From Acidimicrobiia bacterium (GTDB lineage Bacteria; Actinomycetota; Acidimicrobiia; Spongiisociales; UBA5794), in assembly GCA_026985095.1 (NCBI GenBank), contig JALSQW010000018.1, forward strand, positions 23,989 through 87,988: DNA of 64,000 bases, given 5' to 3'. The notes beneath the pieces are model-generated. The model saw nothing but the letters and a program-made list of their open reading frames with translations, was not told where the DNA came from and ran no database searches. Made by a program: the position numbers and the translations under genes. Shown in pieces: positions 20,112 through 31,293 of this stretch. The first letter of the stretch is position 1. The number at the start of each line of letters is the position of its first letter.

Positions 20112-20974
20112 GACGCCTCCTCCTGCCCTTCGGCCACGGCGGCTTCGGCCTCGCCGACGTGGACCTCGGCTTCCGGAGCGGCGTCGGGGCCCGTCACCGG
20201 CTCCGCCTCCATCTCGGTGCCGCCCCCGGATGCGGCCGTGGCTGGAACCTCATCGGCCGGCGACGGCGGAGAGGAGGTCACCGGAGGTTGCTCCATGGTC
20301 TCGTAGACGCCGCGGCTCTCGTCTCGCACGACCCGGCCCCGGGCGAGTTCCACGACCCGGCGCCGCATCGCGTCGACGATGGCGTGATCGTGGGTGGCCA
20401 TCACGACGGTGGTGCCGGTGCGGTTGATCCGGTCGAGGATCCGCATGATGCCGACCGACGTCGCCGGGTCGAGGTTCCCGGTGGGCTCGTCGGCGAGCAG
20501 GATCAGCGGCCTGTTGATGAACGCTCTGGCGACCGATACCCGCTGCTGCTCGCCGCCGGAGAGCTGGCGGGGATAGCGATCCGCCTTGGCGGACAACCCG
20601 ACGAGCTTGAGCACCTGCGGCACCTGGGTGCGGACCACGCTCGGGGACTTCCCGGTGACCTCCATGGCGAAGGCGACGTTCTCGTAGACGGTCTTGTTGG
20701 GCAGCAGCTTGAAGTCCTGGAAGACGGTGCCGATGGAGCGGCGAAGATGCGGCACCTTCCAGTTCGGGAGCGCCGAAGCGTGCTTGCCGGCCACCCATAC
20801 GTCGCCGTTGGTCGGTAGTTCCTCGCGCATCATGAGGCGGATGAGCGTGGACTTGCCCGACCCCGACGGGCCGACGAGGAAGACGAACTCGCCCTTGGCG
20901 ACGTCGATGGTGACGTCCTTGAGCGCGACGACTCCGCCGTCGTAGACCTTGGTCACGTTCTCGAGACGGATCAA
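20108..20974 (-). CDS. ftsE: cell-division ATP-binding protein FtsE (with about 70-aa Ala/Glu/Pro-rich C-terminal tail)
   Basis: TTG start. Walker [18 protein letters not shown] and Walker [12 protein letters not shown]. The tail ...[56 protein letters not shown] is low-complexity. Confidence 0.95.
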   Translation of the reverse strand: MIRLENVTKVYDGGVVALKDVTIDVAKGEFVFLVGPSGSGKSTLIRLMMREELPTNGDVWVAGKHASALPNWKVPHLRRSIGTVFQDFKLLPNKTVYENVAFAMEVTGKSPSVVRTQVPQVLKLVGLSAKADRYPRQLSGGEQQRVSVARAFINRPLILLADEPTGNLDPATSVGIMRILDRINRTGTTVVMATHDHAIVDAMRRRVVELARGRVVRDESRGVYETMEQPPVTSSPPSPADEVPATAASGGGTEMEAEPVTGPDAAPEAEVHVGEAEAAVAEGQEEAS

Positions 20975-21071
20975 TGAGGGATCCTCGTTCGGCTGTGTCT
21001 TCCCGGCCCCACCCCACGCCGCTGGCGAGGTTACCGGCTGGGCCGGATAACCCGTGCCTTTTCGGCTCCCG

Positions 21072-22064
21072 TCACGGCTCGCGAACGCACCGGTAGCCGT
21101 GACGGGGATTCCCCCAATCCTTCGGTTGGTGGGCGACGATCGACCCCGAGTAGTTGACGTACCACGCCTCGTCGACGTCGAACTCGTCGGCGGTCCAGTA
21201 GTAGATCGGGGCCTCGTCGGGCGCCCACAGGGGGGTCTCCTTGTCGGGCTCGGTCGGGCACGAAGCCGACGCCGACACCCCGTCCCAGGTACATCCCACC
21301 GGCGAACCGTCCCGGACCAGGGATCCGACGACCTCGTCGGTGGTCGGCATCCGCCAGGCGCCGGCGGGCCGATCCTGCAGCTCGGTCCCGTCGGCCGACA
21401 GGTACCGACATAGCCCGAAGAGCTCCATGTCGTCTCCGGTCGCGTGCCGAGTCGGCATCGGATCGGCGCCCCACCAGGCGAGCTCGTCCCACGACATCCA
21501 GTCGTCGGGTTCGACCTGGTTCCAGCCGGGACCGGCCGGGGCCCAGATCAGGTCGATGCCGGCACCCACGATGCGCCGTTCCCCTCGATCGCCGTCGTCG
21601 AGGCGGGACGCCAGGCGAGGGATCCACATCGCCGACACCGCCACGGTGATCGCCATCGCCCCGCCGGCGACGGCCACCGCCGCCCAGCGACGCCGGGCCG
21701 GAGGAACCGCCGGGCCGAAACGCATGAGACCGGCCCCGAGCAGCACGATCGCTCCCGTCACGGGGAACCACCCGAGGAGGAACCGCACCCCGATCGTCGC
21801 TCCCCTCCCGATCTGGATGGCGAGCACGAACACGGTGTAGACGGCGCCGATGATCATCAACACCGCCCCACCCGCCCTCGGCCACAGGGCGGCGACGACG
21901 CCGAGCAGGACGAACACGACACCAGGGACCAGGTAGAAGGCGCGCTGCCACCACGGGCCCCACCAGCCTTCGTAGTACATCTCGATCGCTCCCCAGGCCA
22001 TCCAGGCGAAGGCGAACACACCGATGGCGCCGATGACGGCGAGACCGAGCCGGGATCCCTTCAC
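21072..22064 (-). CDS. membrane protein with C-terminal DUF1566 (Lcl C-terminal-like) domain
   Basis: About 4 TM helices ([14 protein letters not shown]..., [17 protein letters not shown]..., [16 protein letters not shown]..., [18 protein letters not shown]), then [13 protein letters not shown]...YYWTADEF...AWYVNYSGS...GYRCVREP, matching the DUF1566 pattern. The start is uncertain: GTG at 22064 is chosen to avoid overlap with prfB. The ORF track extends to 22283. Confidence 0.55.
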   Translation of the reverse strand: MKGSRLGLAVIGAIGVFAFAWMAWGAIEMYYEGWWGPWWQRAFYLVPGVVFVLLGVVAALWPRAGGAVLMIIGAVYTVFVLAIQIGRGATIGVRFLLGWFPVTGAIVLLGAGLMRFGPAVPPARRRWAAVAVAGGAMAITVAVSAMWIPRLASRLDDGDRGERRIVGAGIDLIWAPAGPGWNQVEPDDWMSWDELAWWGADPMPTRHATGDDMELFGLCRYLSADGTELQDRPAGAWRMPTTDEVVGSLVRDGSPVGCTWDGVSASASCPTEPDKETPLWAPDEAPIYYWTADEFDVDEAWYVNYSGSIVAHQPKDWGNPRHGYRCVREP

Positions 22065-22117
22065 CCCCTCATCGTCTCGCCTCGGCGGCGGATGCCAAGG
22101 GGCGAAGGTCCCGGCCT

Positions 22118-23231
22118 TCAGGAGCCGCCGCTGCGGCTCCTCCGCCACTGCAGGTACGAATCGATGAGCGGATCGAGATCGCCGTCCAGGACGCCATTGA
22201 CGTTCCCGATCTCCAGGCCCGTACGCAGGTCCTTCACCATCTGGTAGGGCTGGAGGACGTAGGAGCGGATCTGACGACCCCACGCCGCCTCGGTCTGCTC
22301 GCCTCGGATGGCGTCGATCTCCTGCTGCTGCTCCTGGCGCTTCAGCTCGGCGAGGCGGGCGGCGAGGATCTGCATGGCTCGGGCCCGGTTCTGGATCTGG
22401 GATCGTTCCGCCTGGCAGGACACCACGACCCCGGTCGGCTCGTGGGTGATCCGGACCGCCGAGTCGGTGACGTTGACGTGCTGACCTCCGGCGCCCTGGG
22501 ACCGGAACGTCTCGATCCTCAGATCGTCGGGATTGATGTCCACCTCCTCGACCTCCACCTCGGGAACGACGTCGACGGCGGCGAACGACGTGTGCCGCCG
22601 GGCGTTGGCGTCGAAGGGACTGATCCTCACCAGACGGTGGACGCCGCGTTCCCCCTCGAAGGTCCCGTAGGCGAAGGGCCCCTTGATGGTGATGGTCGCC
22701 GACTTGATGCCGGCCTCGTCACCGGGCTGGTACTCGTCGACCTCGTAGCCGAACCCTGACCGTTCCAGGTAGCGGGTGTACATGCGGAACAGCATGTCGG
22801 CCCAGTCCTGGGCATCGACGCCTCCGGCGCCCGCGTGGATCGTCATGATGGCGGGACGGTCGTCGTAGGCACCGAAGAACAGCGTCTCGCGCTCGAGCTT
22901 GGCCAGGTCCTCCTCGACGCCGGCGAGCTCGGCCTCCACCTCCGCCAAGGTGGCCGCGTCGGACTCCTCGACGCCCATCTCGATGAGCACCTCGGCATCG
23001 TCGAGGCGAGCGGCGAGGTCATCCACGTGCTGGATGGTCTGTTCGTGGCGCGACAGCTTGCTGGTGACGGCCCGGGCCCGCTCCTGGTCGTTCCACAGGT
23101 CCGGTTCCGAGGCCTGTGCCCTCAGCTCCTCGAGCTCGGCGCGTTTGCCTTCGATGTCAAAGGAACCTCCGGGCGTCGTCGAGGCGCGAACGGAGTTCAC
23201 TGAGCTTGGCACGCAGGTCTGAAGGTTCCAT
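22118..23231 (-). CDS. prfB: peptide chain release factor 2, with programmed +1 ribosomal frameshift
   Basis: Frame 1 runs ATG(23231) MEPSDLRAKLSELRSRLDDARRFL then TGA at about 23157-23159 in the context GGAGG-ttc-CTT-TGA-C. The +1 frame continues DIEGKRAELEELRAQ...SPFDANARRHTSFA...GGQHVNVTDSAVRITH (GGQ motif) to the stop at 22118. The ORF track only shows the second frame, with spurious N-terminal read-through. Confidence 0.9.
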
Positions 23232-23264
23232 ATCGACCAGGGTAGCGGGGCGACCGACGGGCCC

Positions 23265-25925
<2,661 letters not shown>

Positions 25926-25981
25926 CGCGAGGAGATACTACGACCGCAGGGGCGGTTTCCGAACACCCTCGTCGGGGGCGG

Positions 25982-27328
25982 TCATACCGCGACGTCCTCG
26001 GCGATGTGTTCGAGGAGGGCGGCCGGGTCGACCCCGACATCCTCGGGGAGGACCTGCTCGGCGATCCGCTCGACCGGGACGAGGAGGGGCTCGGGCGCGG
26101 ACAGGTGGGTGCCGCCGCGGTCGACGACGATCATCGAGGGGAGGGGTGATCCCGGCTCGTCGACCTTGGCGACGACCACGGCGATCGCTCCGTCGACGGT
26201 CCGCAGGATCGATCCCGGTGGGTAGATGCCCATCATCCGGATGAACGAACGTACCAGGTCGGGGTCCCATGCGCTCCCGGCGCCGCCGAGGAGGATCTGC
26301 AGGGCCCGTGACGGGCTCTCGGCCCGCCGGTACGAGCGCCGGGAGGTGATGGCGTCGTAGGTGTCCACGACCTGGACGAGACGGCTGTAGACATGCGGGA
26401 CGCCGCTCCGGCTGACCCCCGGGTAGCCGGTGCCATCGAAGCGGGCGTGATGCTCGAAGGCGACGTTGGCGGCGATCTCCGATCCGGGCCCTCCGGCGGC
26501 GAGGATGGCGAGCGCACCTTCCTGGGGATGGACGGTGATCTCCTTCCATTGCTCGTCCGACAGCCGGCCGGGATAGTTGAGCGTCGACGGGGAGACGGCG
26601 ACCTTGCCGATGTCGTGGAGGACGGCGCCGACGCCGGCGGGTACGAGGATGTCACGATCGACACCGACCATCTGGCCGACGGCGAGCGACAGGATGCACA
26701 CGTTGACCGAATGGAAGAAGGTGTACTCGTCGTGCGACTTGACGGTCGACAGCAACAGCGCCGCCCCCGGATGGGCCAGGGCGTGCTCGAAGAGGCCTTC
26801 GACGGCGTCGACGACCGTGCCGAGCTCGAAGCTGCCACGGGCGACGATGGAGGACGAAGCGAGCCGTACGGCGTCGAGCGTCGATCCGTAGGAGGCGCGA
26901 AGCCGGGAGGCGGGGGTCGGTTCGAGCTCGGGGTCGGTGGTCATCGGCTCGTTGAGCAGGATCGTGCCATCGGCCGGCAGGTCGTCCGATGCGCCGCCGA
27001 CGAAGGCGGCCAGGTCGAACAGGTCGGCTCTGGAGATGGGCCGAACCATCGTGATCGAGTCGACACCCCTGATCTGCATCTCCTGGAGGAGACCCCGGTA
27101 CTCCAGCGACGCGTGGGGGACGACGACGCGGTTCCGGAAGAACGCCTCCTGGTGGATGGTGAGGGCGACCTCACCGTCGTCGCCGAGGAACTCGTCGGCT
27201 GCCTGGGCCACGAGCTCGACGGCTTCCTCGGTAGCCGGGTGACCCTCGGGATAGAGGCCGACCTGCCGGGCGAGTCGGCGCAGGGCATTGAGGAACCCGG
27301 CCACGTGACGTTCGGCGACGTTGCTCAT
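25982..27328 (-). CDS. HD-GYP domain phosphodiesterase (putative c-di-GMP hydrolase) with N-terminal uncharacterised sensor domain
   Basis: HSVNVC...VLHDIGK...HHARFDGTGYP, the full HD-GYP signature. The roughly 170-aa N-terminal domain has no recognised motif. Its start overlaps the stop of the HEAT-repeat gene (ATGA). Confidence 0.85.
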   Translation of the reverse strand: MSNVAERHVAGFLNALRRLARQVGLYPEGHPATEEAVELVAQAADEFLGDDGEVALTIHQEAFFRNRVVVPHASLEYRGLLQEMQIRGVDSITMVRPISRADLFDLAAFVGGASDDLPADGTILLNEPMTTDPELEPTPASRLRASYGSTLDAVRLASSSIVARGSFELGTVVDAVEGLFEHALAHPGAALLLSTVKSHDEYTFFHSVNVCILSLAVGQMVGVDRDILVPAGVGAVLHDIGKVAVSPSTLNYPGRLSDEQWKEITVHPQEGALAILAAGGPGSEIAANVAFEHHARFDGTGYPGVSRSGVPHVYSRLVQVVDTYDAITSRRSYRRAESPSRALQILLGGAGSAWDPDLVRSFIRMMGIYPPGSILRTVDGAIAVVVAKVDEPGSPLPSMIVVDRGGTHLSAPEPLLVPVERIAEQVLPEDVGVDPAALLEHIAEDVAV

Positions 27329-29307
27329 GGGACGCGCCGCGCTCTGGCCGCTCGAGCGGCGTTGCGGAGGGTGCGGCGACGGCTCCCGAACACGAACCGC
27401 CGGGAGGCCAGCTCGTCGATGACCGCGATCGCCATCGGATCGGCCCGGTCTCCGAGGATCGCGATGGCGGCCAGGGCGGCATCGACCGGGAGCCGGTCGG
27501 CCCGCAGCTCGGCGGCCACGAGCCGTTCGACGTCATCGAGCTCGGTGCCCTTGATCAGGGCGACGGCGGTGGTTCGGACCCGTTCGTGGTCATCGCCGAG
27601 GGCGCGAGCGACGAACGGGGCGGCGTCGGACTTGGCGAGCTTCACCATCGCCCGCAGCGCTTCCATACGGACCCGATGGTCGCTGTGATCCAGGACGACG
27701 CGAACACCGTGGATGGCGTCGCGGTTGGCGGTGCCGCCGAGGGCGGTGACGAGGTTGCGCACGAGGTACCAGCGGGGATCGGACAGGTACGGTTCGAGTT
27801 CGTCGGGCCGATGGCGAGCAGCCACGGCGAGAAGGTCGACCAGGGCGCGGCGCTTCGCGGCATCTTCTTCTTCGGCGAGACGGTGGACGAGCTGGTCGAC
27901 GGCGATGCGGCCGATCCGGTCCAGGATGACGGCGACGTGTTCCTCCTCGCCTTCCTCGTGACGAGAGAGGCGCCGGAACAGGTCGGCGGTCGTCATCCGC
28001 TCGAGCGCCTTGGCGATGGCTTCCTCCCGGCCCGGCGGGTAGGGCGGATCGTCGAGAACGCCCGCCAGGAGGCCGGCGGCGGCGGCGAGATCGCCGCTAC
28101 GGACGTGACGCGTCACACGGCCGGTCCACACACGGGCGGCGCGCTGGAATCGATCGTGGCGCTCCTCGCATTCGAGGAGTCCCCTGATGATGATCCGTTC
28201 GAGGGCGAGGGGGTCGACTGCTGCTTCCATCTCGGTACGGATCGCGGCGAGATCTTCGACGACGGCGCCATGTTTGGCGGCCGCCACGACGGAGGAGACG
28301 CGATCGGCGACGGACTTGCGGGACGCTTCCACTTCGACGGCGGAGTTGAGGCCGGCGAGGAGGTCGAGAGGGTGTCCCGATCCTTCGGACGAGGCTTCGA
28401 CGGCGTAGGCCAGAAGCCGTTCGGTGCCGGCATCGGAGAGGTCTCCCATCAGGTCCATGAGGTCGTGGCCGGAGAACTGATCGAGGAACATCTGGTGGTC
28501 CGGCCGCTCCATCTCGGCGAGGACCCGTTCGATGACCTCCACCTGCAGCCACCGTGGGAGCTGGAAGAACGACTCGATGAAGGTCCGGACGGTGCGGTAG
28601 GGATCGTCGGCGGGGATCCGGATGCCCGACAACAAGGTGCCGCTGGGATCGCCGAGGATCCGGTCGATCTGTTCACCGAGCTCGTGGAAGGCATCGACGT
28701 AGTCGGCGGCCCGGGCCTCGTCGGGTTCGGCGTCGTCCTCGATGACGGCGGCGGCGATCTCGCGGGGCTCGGCACCGTGCATGGCGATGGCGGCCAGGGG
28801 CGACAGCATGTCGAGATCGGCCATGGTGTCGACGTCTTCGTCGTCGTGGCGATGACCTTCGCCGGCGACCAGGTTCAGGAGGCCGCGTTGTTTGACCCTG
28901 ATGCCGGCCGACGGGGAACCGACGAGGGAGGCGGCGATGCCCCCCTCTGCTTCGACGGTGTCCTCGTCCCTGGCGATGACCGTGAAGAAGGCGGCGAGGC
29001 CCTGGGGTACGGCTTCGCCGACGAACTCGATCCATTCGACGTCGTGGACGAACAGCTGTTTGGCGAGCTTCTCCACACCGTCGCGTTCTGGTTGCACCTC
29101 GACGCCTTGGACGATGAACAGTCCGGGGCCGACCCCCACCGGGGGCAGGCTTCCGGCGTGGGCGGTGAGGAGGTCGACAGCACGCAGGAACGGCGGTTGG
29201 GCGGTCGGATCGGGGTAGAGCTGGTGGGTGAGCCAGGCCGCACCGAGACCGTTGAGCACGTCGAGCGTCTCGGCGTCGACACGGTCGATGGCGGCGGGCT
29301 GGCTCAT
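27325..29307 (-). CDS. HEAT/PBS-lyase-like repeat protein (660 aa), function unknown
   Basis: The C-terminal third has repeated helical pairs with conserved spacing, typical of HEAT repeats (DHRVRMEALRAMVKL, DHERVRTTAVALIKG, LRADRLPVDAALAAIAILGD). The N-terminal roughly 400 aa are acidic with no known domain. Coupled at both ends. Confidence 0.6.
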   Translation of the reverse strand: MSQPAAIDRVDAETLDVLNGLGAAWLTHQLYPDPTAQPPFLRAVDLLTAHAGSLPPVGVGPGLFIVQGVEVQPERDGVEKLAKQLFVHDVEWIEFVGEAVPQGLAAFFTVIARDEDTVEAEGGIAASLVGSPSAGIRVKQRGLLNLVAGEGHRHDDEDVDTMADLDMLSPLAAIAMHGAEPREIAAAVIEDDAEPDEARAADYVDAFHELGEQIDRILGDPSGTLLSGIRIPADDPYRTVRTFIESFFQLPRWLQVEVIERVLAEMERPDHQMFLDQFSGHDLMDLMGDLSDAGTERLLAYAVEASSEGSGHPLDLLAGLNSAVEVEASRKSVADRVSSVVAAAKHGAVVEDLAAIRTEMEAAVDPLALERIIIRGLLECEERHDRFQRAARVWTGRVTRHVRSGDLAAAAGLLAGVLDDPPYPPGREEAIAKALERMTTADLFRRLSRHEEGEEEHVAVILDRIGRIAVDQLVHRLAEEEDAAKRRALVDLLAVAARHRPDELEPYLSDPRWYLVRNLVTALGGTANRDAIHGVRVVLDHSDHRVRMEALRAMVKLAKSDAAPFVARALGDDHERVRTTAVALIKGTELDDVERLVAAELRADRLPVDAALAAIAILGDRADPMAIAVIDELASRRFVFGSRRRTLRNAARAARARRVP

Positions 29308-29308
29308 G

Positions 29309-29959
29309 TCATCCGAGGGAGATGAGGTTCTCGCGGACCGCGTACAAGACGGCTTCGTTGCGCGAGTGCAGGCCGAGCTTGTCGAGGATGTTCCGGATGT
29401 GGTTCTTGACCGTGTTCTCGCTGATGAACAAGAGCTCGCCGATCGCCCTGCTGGTGTGACCCTTGGCGACCATCTCGAGGACCTCGATCTCGCGGCCGGT
29501 CAGGGTGGGCCTGCGGCTCTGGAGGAGCTCCTGGTGGCGCAGGAGGTGACGGCCGACGTCGAAGAGCTTGCCGGCCATCTGGGGGGAGATCGCCGCTCCG
29601 CCGGCGGCGATGGCCTCGATCGAGTCGACGAGCTGGGGGAAGGGCATGTCCTTGACGAGGTAGCCGCGAGCACCGGCCTTGATGGCGGCGAGGAGGTCCT
29701 CTTCGGATTCGCTGCCGGTGAGCAACACGACCGAGGCGTCCGGAGCCACCGCGGTGATCTTCTCGACCACGTCGAGACCCGACAGGCCCGGCATGAGCAC
29801 GTCGAGGAGGACCACGTCGGGTTGGAGGCTCTCGGCCAGACCGACCGCGCCTTCGGCGTCGGCGGCTTCGCCAACGACGTCGAAGCCCGCTTCCTTGAGT
29901 GCGGAGGTGAGCCCGGCACGGAAGAGCGGCACATCGTCGACTACCAGCAGCCTCTTCAT
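29309..29959 (-). CDS. two-component response regulator, NarL/LuxR family
   Basis: Receiver domain (LLVVDDVPLFRAGL...PDVVLLDVLMP) plus a LuxR-type HTH (LTGREIEVLEMVAKGHTSRAIGELLFISENTVKNHIRNIL). Its ATG lies 1 nt after the hpf stop, with a GGAG RBS inside the hpf 3' end. Confidence 0.9.
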   Translation of the reverse strand: MKRLLVVDDVPLFRAGLTSALKEAGFDVVGEAADAEGAVGLAESLQPDVVLLDVLMPGLSGLDVVEKITAVAPDASVVLLTGSESEEDLLAAIKAGARGYLVKDMPFPQLVDSIEAIAAGGAAISPQMAGKLFDVGRHLLRHQELLQSRRPTLTGREIEVLEMVAKGHTSRAIGELLFISENTVKNHIRNILDKLGLHSRNEAVLYAVRENLISLG

Positions 29960-29960
29960 C

Positions 29961-30518
29961 TCACTCCGGTTCGATCAGTCCCAGGTTCCCGTCTCTGCGG
30001 TGGTAGAGCACGGCGTACCTACCGGTCTCGCCGTCGAGGAAGAAGAAGAAGTCGTGTCCGAGCATCTCCATCTGCAGTACGGCCTCCTCCACCGTCATCG
30101 GCTTCATCGCGAACCGCTTCTCGCGGACGATCGCGTTCGTCCGATCCGGTTCTTCTTCGTCCTGTTCCGGAGCGGCATTGAGTGCTTTGTTGTCGTGGTT
30201 GCCGCGAGCGCGCCGTCGATCGACGAGGCGTTCCTTGAGCCTGCGGAGCTGCCGTTCGTAGCGGTCGGAGGCGGTCTCGAACGCGGTGCGGGCGTCGAAG
30301 GCGGCGGACTCGACGCGCACGACGTGGCCGGCGACGACACTGGTGATCTCGACCTCGTATCGACCGTCGGATTGACGCGGGTTGGTGTGCTCGGTGAACT
30401 CGACGTCGACGTCGCCGTCACCGTCGAGGATCCGCGATGCGCGCTCGATCTTGTCTTCGACGAGGCGCTTCAGCTCGTCCTCGAGGTGCATGTTCCGACC
30501 GTGGATTCGAACGCTCAC
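29961..30518 (-). CDS. hpf: ribosome hibernation-promoting factor (long HPF)
   Basis: GTG start. N-terminal RaiA/HPF fold (HLEDELKRLVEDKIERA...YEVEITSVVAGHVVRVES) and the C-terminal dimerisation domain of long HPFs. Confidence 0.9.
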   Translation of the reverse strand: MSVRIHGRNMHLEDELKRLVEDKIERASRILDGDGDVDVEFTEHTNPRQSDGRYEVEITSVVAGHVVRVESAAFDARTAFETASDRYERQLRRLKERLVDRRRARGNHDNKALNAAPEQDEEEPDRTNAIVREKRFAMKPMTVEEAVLQMEMLGHDFFFFLDGETGRYAVLYHRRDGNLGLIEPE

Positions 30519-30540
30519 GCGTTGCTCCTTTCATAGACGA

Positions 30541-30566
30541 CTGCGCCCGCGGCTCCGCGGGCGCAG
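30541..30566. terminator. GC-rich hairpin CTGCGCCCGCGG-ct-CCGCGGGCGCAG between comFC stop and hpf start
   Basis: Read directly: 12-bp perfect arms. Lies 30 nt downstream of comFC and about 20 nt upstream of the hpf RBS (AAGGAG). No U-tract follows. Confidence 0.4.
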
Positions 30567-30596
30567 TGACACCTGCTACGTCGCATGCGGGGATGC

Positions 30597-31157
30597 TCAG
30601 CGATGGTGATGCACCTCCGGCGATGTGTCGGCTTCTCCTCGAATGGTACCCCCGCTGGTGGCGGTGATCCCATGGGCCGGAAGACCCGACAGGGCGAGGG
30701 ACGCGGCCCGAAGGGTGGCGCCGGAGGTGACCACGTCGTCGACGAGCACGATCCCCGGCCCGAGGAGATCCGTTGCGGCTCGGAATCGGGCGGCGGAGCG
30801 CAGCGAACCCTGGCGGCCGGCGTGGCGGGGCCACCAGATGCCGGGAAGCAGCAGGGCGAGCGCGGGGAGATCGACATGACGGCCGACCCGGTGGGCGAGC
30901 TCGGCGGCGGGGTCGATGCCGTACCGGAGGCGGCGTCCCAGCGCGCGGGGGACGGGCACGAGGGCGGCAGCGTCGCGGGGAACGAGGGGGGCCATGGCGA
31001 CGGCGAGGGCGTCGGCGGCGGCGAGGTTGCGACGGTACTTGAGCTCGTGGACCATGTGACGGGCGGCGGCCTCGTGGGCGTATGCGGCGCGGACGACGAG
31101 TCCCCCGCCGAGATGCCGTTCGCCGCCCGGGCGAGCGTCCGGAAGCGGGTGGTGCAT
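30597..31157 (-). CDS. comFC: ComF-family phosphoribosyltransferase-domain protein
   Basis: C-terminal PRTase motif VLVDDVVTSGATL. Start chosen at MHHPLPDA (186 aa). The upstream part of the ORF-track entry is antisense to the FtsH-like gene. Conserved actinobacterial position upstream of hpf. Confidence 0.75.
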   Translation of the reverse strand: MHHPLPDARPGGERHLGGGLVVRAAYAHEAAARHMVHELKYRRNLAAADALAVAMAPLVPRDAAALVPVPRALGRRLRYGIDPAAELAHRVGRHVDLPALALLLPGIWWPRHAGRQGSLRSAARFRAATDLLGPGIVLVDDVVTSGATLRAASLALSGLPAHGITATSGGTIRGEADTSPEVHHHR

Positions 31158-31293
31158 CGACGAACCGTACCGCGCCGAGTGGACCGGTACTAGTACGCGA
31201 TGCGGAGCACGAAATGACCACTCGTTGTAGCAACGCACCCACACCGGGTGTCGTATGGTGGGGACGGGCAGCGAACGGGCGAACAGGGGGCGT

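Noticed and set aside
21068-21106. 12-bp perfect hairpin CCCGTCACGGCT...AGCCGTGACGGG resembling a terminator
   Set aside because: It lies within, and overlaps the stop codon of, the DUF1566 gene, upstream of ftsE on the same strand. No U-tract follows. It is possibly structural but not a convincing intrinsic terminator.
29961-30518. Histidine kinase partner for the NarL-type regulator
   Set aside because: I looked for HisKA/HATPase motifs in neighbouring genes on both strands and found none. The response regulator appears orphan in this window.
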